DNA from: Octopus bimaculoides
Lineage: Eukaryota
Length of the DNA stretch: 64,000 nucleotides
Assembly (NCBI RefSeq): GCF_001194135.2
Contig: NC_068988.1
Span: 67,256,209-67,320,208 of the forward strand
Reading direction: 5' to 3'
Below the pieces are notes generated by a model. That model was given only the letters and a program-made list of their open reading frames with translations, was not told the origin of the DNA and ran no database searches. Shown here one piece after another: positions 37,573 to 50,186 of this stretch (position 1 is its first letter; the number at the start of each line of letters is the position of its first letter). The position numbers and the translations under genes were made by a program.

Positions 37573-38765
37573 CTTTCAAATTGCTTCCATTTTCTTCTGA
37601 ACTCTAGATAATAAGCACCTTCCTCCACTAGTAAGATTTATAATATTTCCTAAGCAATAACCCAGAATGTGGTATACAACATAGCTTTAATAACAAAATA
37701 CGAACATTAACAACTACTAAAACGCCAAGCGTATAATTTTATAATATTCGCAACCCGAACTACACTTAACCACATAATACTAGGGTCCGTAATAACAAAG
37801 TAAAAACTACAAAAAGAAAAAAGAAACGATTTCATCCACAACCGCACAAATAGTTGGTATGACCTTGCATCCTGCAAGAAATAACCACCTCTGTAACTAT
37901 TGCACTCATGATGGCTGCCCTCTCAACAGTTGTTCGCTGAAATGTAGAAAGCATTCAGTCTAAAAATTAGATAGTGACGATCAAATGAATGGTTTATTTT
38001 TCACAAAGCAAAATTGAAAGCCAACCTATTATATCTCACTGCAAGAAGTACAAGAAGATGAATTATAAGTTATGAAATCCTGTTACCTTATAACTATAAG
38101 AGAACACTTTATCTATGACAGTACGTGCTATACTTTTTTTTTTAACTATGACCGTGAAAAATGCTTTCTTCTAATGCACCGAATCCCAATTAGCGCCGGT
38201 ATGCAGCTGAATATTTTCAGATATTTCTTCTCCTTCACACTTTCATTTCTTCTCATTGAATAAGCTATGTCTGCTTTAGGATAAAAAAGCATCAAGATTC
38301 AATATAGAACGCCATCATTTAATTTACGAACTCCGGTATTTATAAGAAAATTTTTATTTCTTACTTGTAATATTCACAAAAGTTACACGTTTTTTTTTCT
38401 CCATAACATTTACAAATTTTTTATTAAATTTATCAAAAGGTATCACCAATAAGTTCATCAAAGTTACACTTTAAAACATATTTCTTTATGGTTCCTGTAA
38501 TGATTATTTGTATTCAGCTGTTTGGCTATTTATGAAGTGAAACTTATCTATACAATTATTGATCCGATGGACTTCTATTCAGTTTTTATTAACCCAATTC
38601 CCCTCAGAAAAAATAAGTCAAATATTGCTATAGAAATTTAAATTCGCCAGCAGGCCCTTAAGATGGACCGAACCCATGACATATGGTTGCTAAGGAAACT
38701 ACTAATATATATATATTCGAGATGGAACCATGGAGGATGCTGCGTAAAGCTCGTCTAAAGTTTTC

Positions 38766-39166
38766 AGCGCAGGAGTGGCTGTGTAGTAAATAGCTTGCTT
38801 ACCTACCACATGGTTCCGGGTTCATTCCCATTACGTGGCACCTTGGGCAAGTGTCTTCTACTATGGCCTCGGGCCGACCAAAGCCTTATGAATGGATTTG
38901 ATAGACGGAAACTGAAAGAAGCCTGTCGTATATATGTATATATATATATATATATATGTATGTACGTGTGTGCATATGTTTGTGTGTCTGTGTTTGTCCC
39001 CCCAACATCGCTTGACGACCGATACTGGTGTGTTTACGTCCCCGTAACTTAGCGTTTCGGCAAAAGAGACCGATATAATAAGTACTGGGGTCGATTTGCT
39101 CGACTAAAGGCGGTGCTCCAGCATGGCAGCAGTCAAATGACTGAAACAAGTAAAAGAGTAAAAGAG
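38766..39166 (+). mobile_element. Family-B tRNA-derived SINE, near-intact reference copy
   Basis: A box tggctgtgtagt, B box gggttcattccc, CORE-like ggcaccttgggcaagtg, internal (TA)/(TG)n, tail gtaaaagagtaaaagag. Confidence 0.92.
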
Positions 39167-39689
39167 CTACTTGATGTCACCAACTTTAAGGATGTATATA
39201 GTATTTGATTTAGCTCAGAAATACTATGGTGTCTGTATATTCTACCTAAATAAAATACAGAGATAAAATGGAATTCTTGACAGTCTTTATTCAATTCCCT
39301 ACAAAATACGTAGTATAAATGTAATGCCTTGGAGAGTGACCCTTCCAAAATTTATAAAAACAAATATGGATCGGATATGAAGTATCTAATATTTTAGTGC
39401 ATAATCCAATCTTCGGATCACAAATATCATCTAAGATTGTTAGGGAATTCTTCACTGCATTAGATAATCTTTTTTTTCCAAAATCTAATATACAACTTAC
39501 ATTGGCCCAGCCCATGTGTAACGTAATAGCACCGTCTCGGGATGATGCAATTAAGTATTTTATCTGTCACACACCGAAATATCGGATGCTATTTTTAATA
39601 ACCTATAATACTTTATCTACGAACATTATAAAAAGAAATTAAATCAGGAATGTGTGAGAGTATACTCAGGAATGATATATCTGGTAAGA

Positions 39690-39800
39690 ACTGTAATAAT
39701 CCTTTTCTACCAAATGCACAGGGTCTGAAATGTGATGGGGAATAGTCGATTACATCGACGCCTGTGTATAACTTGTATTTATTTAATCGAGCCCGATACA
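39690..39800 (-). mobile_element. Family-A SINE 3' fragment
   Basis: ggggaatagtcgattacatcgac...ttgtatttatttaatcga. Confidence 0.55.
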
Positions 39801-41914
39801 TATTATATTATATTATATGTATTTATTTTCTCCTCATTAATAAATATCTCGGACAAAATAAATTGGTTAATAGATACCAGGGTAGCAAAGATCACAAAAT
39901 AACTGTGGTGTAACTCCTGTTTATAAGGTAGAAACTCCTTGATATTTTGGGTACTTGAGTATATATAAATTTAATGAATGGATTATGCATGTGTTAACTG
40001 CATGTGTTAACTGCATAATATATGCATAACATAACATGCAGTTAACATATGCGTTTTACTCCATTCATTAAATTTATATATANNNNNNNNNNNNNNNNNN
40101 NNNNNNNNNNNNNNNNNNNNNNNNNNNNNNNNNNNNNNNNNNNNNNNNNNNNNNNNNNNNNNNNNNNNNNNNNNNNNNNNNNNNNNNNNNNNNNNNNNNN
40201 NNNNNNNNNNNNNNNNNNNNNNNNNNNNNNNNNTATATATATATATATATTTATAATCCTGTCACGGGTTCGATCCGTCTGCATGGTTCTTTGCAAATTT
40301 AATTTTCTACACTCATAGTTAATTTATAATTTCTGGAAGGAGCTGGGTAAACGAAAATTGAATAGACGTCGGTCGAAAGTATTGCATCTCTAACTCAAAC
40401 GTAGCACCATACCACACATGTAATTCTTATTCTTCTTAGAATTACTTTAAGGGTACATATGATTTGGAATACTCAGCTATTTCATTGAGCAGGTAATTCT
40501 GTTGATGAAACAACTGAATCTTCATTTTCAAATCTAACGCATGGATGGGTATATGTTTAAGTATGTGTGTATGTACATGTGTGTTTCTGTGTCCGTGTGT
40601 GAGTTTATACGTTCATTTACAAAAATTTCCGTGTTTCAGGAAAAAGCTAACTTAAAAGTCGAACGACTAGATGCATAGATATTCTTACTGATGAGTTTCA
40701 ATTTTGGCATCATCGTATAATACTAAGGTTAGCGATATATATACACTACAGGGTAAATCTTGTTAGTAATCATTGCCATAATGCATTAGGGCATAATCAG
40801 TACTATTGAATACCTCATTATTATGTTATATATCTAGATATTGTTGGCAGAGTTTGAAATAGTCCGACAATCGCCAAGACATGCCTCTAGGGAAAGTTTA
40901 ACTCAGAATAGCAAGAGCTAAAATAACCAGCAGAAATTTTATATTTCCGTTCAAAGCATTTGTGATTGGAAATACATTAAAGACTCCTCAAAAATGAGTT
41001 AAAATGCAAATTTTGTCAGAAGACACATGTGTTTTCAGCTTTATGTTCTTATAATTGGAGCCACTGTACAGGTAAAGGTAATTAGTAAATCGTGATTTAT
41101 TTGAAGGTGTCTGTATTGAATACAATGAAATGTCGGCCATAAGCTTAGAAATATCAACAACTGAGGTAGTGGCTGGACACGAGATATACACAAAAACACA
41201 TCCTGTCTTGGGTGTGATTAGGAGAACAGTAAGGCAATTGATTATATTGGTCAAAGCACGGAGTCAGATGATATAAATATCGATTATATGATTGTATGAT
41301 TGTTCAGTATTTGACCTTCTGCACATATGTGTACAATCTGTGGTGGATAGGATCACGTAGTTATGTATTACCCGAAGGAAAACATTAGTCTTCAGACGAG
41401 AAGATGTGAAGAAAGGACATTCTGTGTGTATATTTCTGTCTTTCCGTGCATATGAGTACCTATCTGCTTGTGTGTCTGTGTGTCTGTATGGGAGTGTACT
41501 TTGCGTGTATGATTTACAGTAATCATCGCATTCATCCCTCATTCCTCATTCCCCACGAAAATAAATAATTAAATGGAATAATAAATAACCCAATAAAAGA
41601 ACAAATCATATCAAAATATCCAACCGGATTTGAATGATTAGAAACAGGAATACAATTCGATAATTAATTATCGAATAAATCTGATGGAATTTAACCACGA
41701 TAATCATTATAAACCAAACGACTTACGTTCTAATTGTCATTTTAGAATTGTCAGAACGGAGCAGTTGTCTAAACAACGATACCATAACGTGATTAACACT
41801 TCAATAACAGAAAGCAAATGAAAAATCGGAATAATTTAGGCGAAGATTATTGTCAAATTTTGTGAAGTATTATAATTCTTGTTATGATGATGTGAATGAA
41901 GTTGAAAATAATTG

Positions 41915-42125
41915 TAATAATCCTTTCTACTATTGGCACAATGCCTGGAATTTTGGGGGAGGTGTTTAAGTTAATAACATCGATCCCAGTACTCAACTTG
42001 TACTTAACATATCGACACCGAAAGCATGAAAGGCGAAGTCAACCTCTGCAGAATTTGAACTCAGAACAGAAAAACGGATGAAATGCCGCTAAGCATTTTT
42101 GCCCAGCGTACTAATGATTCTGCAA
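41915..42125 (-). mobile_element. Family-A SINE
   Basis: atcgacaccgaaagcatgaaaggcgaagtcaacctctgcagaatttgaactcagaac...aaatgccgctaagcatt. Confidence 0.85.
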
Positions 42126-42134
42126 GTCATTTTC

Positions 42135-42240
42135 GTATGTTTGTTATTCAATTTGACAATTGTTTTCCACCTGGAGATCCAGACTAACCCAAACTCCGAG
42201 CAATTTAACAGATCCCTCCATCCATCTTTTGGTGACGTTA
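42135..42240 (-). mobile_element. Short L1/Tx1-like RT fragment
   Basis: ttccacctggagatccagactaacccaaac is nearly identical to ttcacctggagatccaggctaacccaaac at 43541-43570. Confidence 0.7.
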
Positions 42241-42529
42241 TTAAACCGTATGTATGGACCAAATTTGATTGCTCGACGTGTTAAATTAGTTGCTCCGAAA
42301 GGAATTTGAATGCTCGAAAAGACGCTTCCTTGCATTCCGACTAATTTGAATGCTCTCGACGGGAATTTTAATTTGAATAATGTAAATGCTAAATTCTTTG
42401 GCCAATGTGCAAAATTGAATGATCGAAGAACGAATTTGAATGATTAACTTCATGCCGCTAATTTTTCTCCCGACTTTGAATGATCAGATTATAAAATTGA
42501 ATGACAAACGTACGGAAATGACTGGAGAA

Positions 42530-42690
42530 ACCTGTAATGACGGTTTCAAATTTTTCCACAAGCGCAACAGCTTCGGGTGAAAGAGTAATTCAATTCTATC
42601 TATATCTGTGCTAAACCGGTTCTTCTATCCACCCTGAAAAAATGAAAAGCAGAGTTTGAACTCAAAACATAAAGACAGACTAAATGCCGC
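42530..42690 (-). mobile_element. Family-A SINE, degenerate
   Basis: gaaaagcagagtttgaactcaaaacataaagac...aaatgccgcta. Confidence 0.6.
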
Positions 42691-42699
42691 TAATCTGGT

Positions 42700-44140
42700 C
42701 CTGCACACAACGTCATTCACTAAGGTCACCAAACAGTTAAACACTGGCCGCCCTACCCCACAGAGAAAGGCGGCATGACGATCTTCGCAATGAACTCAGC
42801 TGACAGCCGGATCTGTCCTACATGTGAAAGCAGGCGTTCGACATAAACCCAGAAATTCTCGGGCGGAAAGCGTGCAAAACAGTTTGTTGTACGGTACTTT
42901 CATCCATGAGAGATTATTACGAACTTAGAATGCTCTTCGTTAGCCCTGTCGGGCCAGTGATTTCGGGAAATTATCCATGGATCCCGCTCCGAAAGTACAC
43001 CGGAATTGACCAGCCAGTTGTTTCTCATCGCTACTCAGAGTCTCCTCGAGAACATCGTCGCAGTTACTCGTCACTAACTACTTTCTTAAACACCAAAGAG
43101 AAACTTCCACCGACAGCATTGTCCGACTGACAGAGGACTGAGAGTACCTGAAAAACTCTAGGTGCCAGACGTCCTGCCTTGGTCTACGCTTAATGCAGAA
43201 CTGCGACGTAGTCAGAGACTTGCTGCCGAAGATCGAATCTGACGTACTGCGACTACATCAACTCAACGCCAAGGAAGCCCTGGGGATGCCACAGCTTCAG
43301 CTTGTCCATGCATGAGAAGCTACGGTATGCCCAAACCGCCATTGATCTTGTATTTACAGCAAATGGAGCTCTTCAGTTTGGTCAGACGCAAACAGCTTGA
43401 AGCAGGAGCATCGGGCGATAGTATATAACGGAGGCGATGTATGCGTTCGCAACCTATGCTCAAACTTTCAGAGACAGCTTTCTCTCAGTTCATTTCTCGG
43501 TATGATATGCTCGCTTGCTCATCACCTCGTCCTAATTGTTTTTCACCTGGAGATCCAGGCTAACCCAAACCACGAGAAATTTAACCGATCCCTCCATGCA
43601 GCGTTCGACGACCTCATTGAACGGTTTAGACCTACCTCTCCAAAATCCGTGCTACATACCCATTGACTTCTATTGGTTAACTTTTGCACCTCTCACTGGT
43701 TCGTATTCTTTGAGCAGTGCTAATCAAGTTTCTGTACTTGGTGTTCGAAAATATAACGGTGACGTCGTCCGCATATGCCATCACAGTTCCCGCACACCTC
43801 TGAAATTTCTACATAGTGGCTGTAGAGCCATTACGTTCTGAAAAGATGAGGGAGTGAACCCTTGACGGAACAAGTGCATGATAGTGGATGATTCCGATGG
43901 ATAACCATTCACCCGAACCGCCGAGCATATACCATTGTACATTGCAGCAATCCAACTACGGAGAACGGGACCGAAACTGGCCGCCAAGTATTGGTGGTCG
44001 ACCCTAAAGAAAGCTTTTGATTGATCCAAACAGATCATGCAAACTTCTTTACCCACCTTGCATATAGTGTAACGCACGAGGTGTAGGTTATGTATATATG
44101 TTCTTGGGATGGTGCGTGTTTGCCCAACACCAATCATCTC
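42700..44140 (-). mobile_element. L1/Tx1-like LINE, RT to C-terminal region, decayed
   Basis: NLHLVRY...CLDQSKAFFRVDHQYL...SWIAAMY...VRVNG...FRQG; MDNFPKSLARQ matches the 28325-29880 copy. Confidence 0.85.
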
Positions 44141-44443
44141 CTAAACGGCAGGGGCCAACCTTTTAACCAACACCTAGGCCAAAATTTTAAAAATCTCTGT
44201 TGAGTAGAATTATGGGCCTAAAAGTTTTTATTTGATCTCCTAGATTGTTTTTCTCCTGTTCTGCTACTAGTTGAGGTAGGCATCTGCTGAAAGGCCGCCT
44301 AATACGTCTGACATATAAAGCTCGAAAGGCAGACTATCACAATCAGGAGGTTAGCACCCCCACCTTACCCGTGGAGCCCATCAATGCGTCCAGACGTTCT
44401 CCGGCTGAAACTGATCTAGATATTTTGAAAACTGGAGTATACG

Positions 44444-44482
<39 letters not shown>

Positions 44483-44484
44483 AC

Positions 44485-44522
<38 letters not shown>

Positions 44523-45306
44523 NNNNNNNNNNNNNNNNNNNNNNNNNNNNNNNNNNNNNNNNNNNNNNNNNNNNNNNNNNNNNNNNNNNNNNNNNNNNNN
44601 NNNNNNNNNNNNNNNNNNNNNNNNNNNNNNNNNNNNNNNNNNNNNNNNNNNNNNNNNNNNNNNNNNNNNNNNNNNNNNNNNNNNNNNNNNNNNNNNNNNN
44701 NNNNNNNNNNNNNNNNNNNNNNNNNNNNNNNNNNNNNNNNNNNNNNNNNNNNNNNNNNNNNNNNNNNNNNNNNNNNNNNNNNNNNNNNNNNNNNNNNNNN
44801 NNNNNNNNNNNNNNNNNNNNNNNNNNNNNNNNNNNNNNNNNNNNNNNNNNNNNNNNNNNNNNNNNNNNNNNNNNNNNNNNNNNNNNNNNNNNNNNNNNNN
44901 NNNNNNNNNNNNNNNNNNNNNNNNNNNNNNNNNNNNNNNNNNNNNNNNNNNNNNNNNNNNNNNNNNNNNNNNNNNNNNNNNNNNNNNNNNNNNNNNNNNN
45001 NNNNNNNNNNNNNNNNNNNNNNNNNNNNNNNNNNNNNNNNNNNNNNNNNNNNNNNNNNNNNNNNNNNNNNNNNNNNNNNNNNNNNNNNNNNNNNNNNNNN
45101 NNNNNNNNNNNNNNNNNNNNNNNNNNNNNNNNNNNNNNNNNNNNNNNNNNNNNNNNNNNNNNNNNNNNNNNNNNNNNNNNNNNNNNNNNNNNNNNNNNNN
45201 NNNNNNNNNNNNNNNNNNNNNNNNNNNNNNNNNNNNNNNNNNNNNNNNNNNNNNNNNNNNNNNNNNNNNNNNNNNNNNNNNNNNNNNNNNNNNNNNNNNN
45301 NNNNNN
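44523..45306. other. Largest assembly gap; others at 492-501, 21405-21981, 25025-25056, 30302-30311, 33384-33393, 40083-40233, 49752-49914, 51276-51285, 58932-58991
   Basis: Runs of N, mostly flanked by dinucleotide repeats. Confidence 0.99.
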
Positions 45307-45364
45307 ATATATATATATACATACATACATGTACATATATACGTATATATAAATACATAAATGC

Positions 45365-45400
<36 letters not shown>

Positions 45401-45435
45401 CCAGAAAAATGCATACATACATGCATAAGCACACA

Positions 45436-45620
45436 CACACAAATATATATATATAGTTGAAATTTACAAAACAACATTAGATGAAGGCAAGTGTATAAAC
45501 GACAAGGAGGTGTATTAGTTTGACGCTCGGGAAAGTGAGAAAGTCTTTTACGTTTCGAGCCTACGCTCTTCAGCCGGAAGGAACATGAAGGAATAAACAA
45601 AGAGAATTTAAAAAAAAATG
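45436..45620 (-). mobile_element. Probable Penelope-type terminal repeat fragment carrying a hammerhead-like motif
   Basis: Hammerhead-like motif followed by a pyrimidine-rich tail running into (TA)n. PLE origin is inferred from the known PLE-hammerhead association. Confidence 0.4.
45545..45580 (-). ncRNA. Minimal type-I hammerhead ribozyme-like motif, possibly decayed
   Basis: Minus strand cttccggCTGAAGAgcgtaggctcGAAACGTAaaag: CUGANGA and GAAA cores, GAGC/GCTC hairpin, palindromic ACGT then a GUA triplet. Confidence 0.5.
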
Positions 45621-46739
45621 TGGTTTTAGCGATAAATGATGGTGACTCGTTGGTTAAAAGTACCTGGATAGGAGAGCTACGAAGAAGGGGAGATAATAAC
45701 GTACTGGTGATCCCAAAACGAAGGTGCGCGTGCATATGTGTATGTGAGAGTGGGAGCGTGCGTGTGGGTTCGCGGATGATAGTGTGTGGTGTGATGATAC
45801 ACACACACAAATACAAGACTATAGAGAAATACTTGCTGTAAGAAACACAATTCCCTATCTTGTGAGAGCGGTTTCTCTCAATATTTGTGTGACTGAAAAG
45901 AAATATCGATCCATATAATAACTTAGAATAAGGTGAGATTGCATTTGTTCCCACACACAACCTATGATGTGAATAGGCTGCCGTAATGTAAGAATCGGTC
46001 TTTTTACTTCTTTGGTGAGAAGAGATCGAATAAAATGTCTGTTCTGTCTGCAAGGAAATTAACTTCGATTCGTTTATCAATACAAATTACAATTTTTTTC
46101 AACTTGCTTTCACTCAGAATCCTCGTTCGATAATGTAGGTACCAGGAACCGTGTTTCACGAGAATAATCACCAATTTCTTAACATTTTCCCGAAAAATCA
46201 CCATCACCTTCATGACAAAGGAGTCTGCTATAAATCCATTATTTGTCCATGCAACAAAGTGCTTATTAATATTATTTGTTTCCTTCCATATCATTGGATT
46301 TTATCAGAGTTCAGCAGTTAGCCATCAGCTGGTTCCACAGAGTGCAACATACTATAGAATAGTTGCATGCTCGAGTAATAGCAATAAAGAAACCGTTATC
46401 GAGAAAATCGTGCATTTTCTATATTTTAGTTAGGTTCCAGCATCTATTATAACATAGTTAATTCTTCACAGGAGACCAAATTTGAATATAACTCAATCAT
46501 AGCGTAAGAATTAATTACATTCAACTGTTAGCTATTTATTATAAGCTTGCATGTATATATTCTCTGTACATTATAAGCATTGACAATTGAGAGATATGCA
46601 GTTGTGAAGCAACGGTTAACCGCCTTATATCTGTAACTAGCATCCTGTTATTGACCGGTATTCATCCGATTTTTCCAATAATTATGCAACGCGAAGCTGA
46701 TATATTCTCTTCTAGTTAAATCCTAATATCCAGCATCAC

Positions 46740-48230
46740 GAATTCCTTAATGCAAGCGTTGGTCTGGGGGCTTTACCGTGGTCAGTGACATCACGGGAAC
46801 AACAGAAGAGCCTACCGGAAGGGTTATAGAAACAAAGGTCAAGTGAGCGGAGGGACGACTAGCGAGGGCCGCTTTACTTATAGGGCAGTCGCTCGTGACA
46901 TGCTGTGGTCGCGAAAGTAAGGGAAATTTGTCTAGGTTCTGGCCAGAGGATAGGCAGGTAGGGTTCTTACGGGCCTACCCCAGCTGGAAAGTATCGACGT
47001 TACGAGAGGACCCGGGATATAGATGAGCGAAAAGTCGGGTGGAACGCTGTGGGACTAGCAGATACAGAAGATTAGAGCTTAAGGCGGTAATCAACGAATG
47101 AGAATGAGTGAAGAGCGTTTGGGGAGCCACCACTAGTTTTTTTAGGCCAATGTTGTAGATGTCAGCATCCGCACATGACAAGGGACTGCTGGGGTGGGTG
47201 CCACTCGAACTAATATGCTACAGTGAGGGATATGATCAAAAGAGTACCACGGCTCTACTAGCTATCCCTGGAAGTAGAGATGATCGTGCAGTCGCTGTCT
47301 ATAGTGGGAGTCCTGGATAGAGGAAAGGTGTTAAAACCCTCTGGAACACGGGCTGCACAACGGAATTAGGTGTTTAAAAGGGGAACAGGATGAGTAGTGT
47401 AAGGGCAGTTGATGGCACAGAGATTAGATATAGATGTAGTAGTGAAGTGGAGGTCGTGATGGTGAGTGAAGCGCAAGTAGAATAAGGTTGCAAAGAATTG
47501 TTGCAGGAGAGCTGAGAGAGACGTGCTACTTACACCATCGTAGACATGATTTTCGGGAAGTGTTCGACGATAAGCGATGGACAGTTGAGTGACTGTTGAA
47601 AGGAGAGACTCCGACGTTGAGGCATAATGTAACCTATTATTAGTATAACCTGAAGTATGATACCGGGAACGAATTCGAGGTAAACGTGGACAGATGTATC
47701 GCGGAGGAGGAGGAGGCGGTTACGAGCGGAGTGTTGTCACTAACGATAGTGGTGCAGCCAACGAAAAACCAGCTCAGGCCATTATTAGAATTTGGGAAAC
47801 TGAACAACAGCGTATCTTGCTACGCGGGCAGCACACCGGCCGATTTCTGCGAGCAAACATTGTGAGAACGGAGACAGAGGACGAAGGCTTCCACAATCGT
47901 CGGCTCAAAGTCATATCTGCTGATAAACAATGGAAGTATCAGTTGCTAAGATATAAAGACCAGACATATTGTTTGACCAGGCTGAGTTGCGAGCTGAATT
48001 CATCACCAAAGATCATAGCGACGGTTCTCAAGTGTGTTCTAAGGAAGATAAACAAAATGAAAAAGGTCACGAAGTTCCATATTGACATCTTAGTGGACGA
48101 ACCCATGGTGACGGCAACAGAAATCATAGATCACCTATAGAAGTTCGGACTCACCGTGAAACCGCCGAGGGTGATGGAAGGTAGAACTGCACTGAGGCTC
48201 AATGTGCAAAAACACAATTTGGGCCTGTTG
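46740..48230 (+). mobile_element. Ty3/Gypsy LTR retrotransposon internal remnant (gag knuckle, protease, RT)
   Basis: KTLWNTGCTT (decayed DTG protease), QPTKNQLRPLLEFGKLN, WKYQLLRYKDQTYCLTRLSCELNSSPKI, HIDILVDE (decayed YIDD). No LTRs recognised. Confidence 0.82.
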
Positions 48231-49914
48231 ATATATCCGTAAGTAGACACCTATGCATCGCTCTGTATAAGTATGTTTATTTTCCTTTCAACAGTACAAA
48301 CCATAGAGAGTAAGTTTCAATACGAGTACGTAGTGAAGTATGACAAAAGTGATGATTAAAAATTTGTAATTTTAAGGGGAGTCGCGGAAAATGCTTAGAA
48401 AGAGGTGCTTTAGCAACGGCATAGCTGTAATAGCTGAAGAATACAAAAAAGGTTAGAGAGGGAAAACGAAAGTGCAGAAAAAAATAACAGGTTGCAAAGC
48501 CGTGTTGAATATGTAGTCAAGGTTTTATGCCGTACGCCACTGTAAGAACATTGAATTCAAACAGTTGGAAAAAAAAACCCTCAAAAGACAAAAAACTGAA
48601 GCAAATTAAAGTGCTAGTCGTATATTAATGTTAATGACGCTGAAACAGCATCTATAATCATTCCAGTCTCAGACAGAGAATATTCACACAGTAGGTGTGT
48701 CAGAATTTTACAGGTGAAGTTCTTCTGAAAGCATTGGGAATAAAAACACCGGACTGGTTGAAATGTTTACAAGAGATTGAATAGTTTTAAGAAACGCTTA
48801 ATGTGATGATTGTAGGAGTGGTGTAAGAACAGTTGGCAAGTTAAGAGGAAATTAGCTTTATTAAATCGTACATCTCATCTCACTTCATTCTGTAAGTGAC
48901 AATATTTTGTCTGCTCCTGAGAATCGTTTTATGAAAATTTCCTAACCGATTCGTGAAGTGTGTTTAAAACACACAGGGATATGCAACAGGATTACTAGGT
49001 TGTTCCCATACCCTATTTGCGACCCTAATTCTTGACTCTAAAACACAAAAAAAAAAAAATGAGCGTTGTTAGATTTACGATGTACACAACAACTGTTTAT
49101 AATAAGAAAATATATGCAATTCAAAATGTGACATAGATTTCGTAGTATTGATAGGATGCATGACAGAAAGAAAGGAAATATTTCTGAGTACTGTAAATAT
49201 CCAGAAGAGATGCACACAAAAATGTAATTTCAAATATATTAACCTGCAAATATTTTAGACGAAAAACCATAATGTCACACGTCTTATCGTAATAAGTATA
49301 GATAGCGTGCCAGGGAGAAAATTCAAACGGTTTGGAAACAGAACTATTCAAATAAAAATTAAATAGTTGATCATGTAACAACACACCTCCTGCTATTTCA
49401 TATCAGAAATTTAAAGTACACAGGAAATTAGCCATTTCATCATCTGTAGAAAGATTGGAGCGGTGCCAGAAAGTAAAAAAACTTGCTATATTATTGGAAA
49501 AACCTAGAAAACTTGAATGACATTATGAAACATCAATGGAATATTAACTTTACTTTTCTCAATATATGTCTTCCTGTAATAAATTTCAACCTATTTGCAT
49601 ATATGCAAATTCATTCCACTTATGATTATAGCATTGAAATATTATTTTCCACTTAAAGACATACTCAAGTTTCAAATACAGTGGATATAATTCATACTGC
49701 TGGCAGATAAATTCTAGCTATCTATCTATCTATAATGCATCCCTCTCATCTNNNNNNNNNNNNNNNNNNNNNNNNNNNNNNNNNNNNNNNNNNNNNNNNN
49801 NNNNNNNNNNNNNNNNNNNNNNNNNNNNNNNNNNNNNNNNNNNNNNNNNNNNNNNNNNNNNNNNNNNNNNNNNNNNNNNNNNNNNNNNNNNNNNNNNNNN
49901 NNNNNNNNNNNNNN

Positions 49915-49958
<44 letters not shown>

Positions 49959-50186
49959 CATACATAATAGCATTGTAATTATGCATGAGGATATATGAAC
50001 ATATAAAATGTAAATTCAACTGTTTGTAAATACATGTGTAGGTATGTATGTATGTATGCATGCATGTATGCATGTATGTATGTATGTATGTATGTATGTA
50101 GGGCTAGCTACATAGATAGATTTAAAATATATGCACCATATATACAAAAATGTAAATGCATATATATTCAAAGCTGTAGGTATGTA

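Noticed and set aside
39291-39515. ORF with LTILDDICD resembling a Walker B motif
   Set aside because: No Walker A or other supporting motif; length is within chance expectation.
39985-40050. Small tandem plus inverted gcatgtgttaactgcat hairpin
   Set aside because: Short, low complexity and adjacent to a gap; possibly an assembly artefact.
40895-40985. Possible CR1/Jockey 3' remnant (LRIARAKITSRNF / SVQSICDW)
   Set aside because: Too short and diverged to support.
42260-42505. CRISPR-like repeat-spacer array
   Set aside because: Eukaryotic context, repeats too short and degenerate, and no cas genes.
44343-46080. Longest ORFs in the track (321-554 aa), also 21370-22002
   Set aside because: They are open only because they run through N gaps.
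47694-48140. 148-aa Gly-rich ORF as an independent gene
   Set aside because: Its first half is an off-frame reading and its second half is the Gypsy RT frame.
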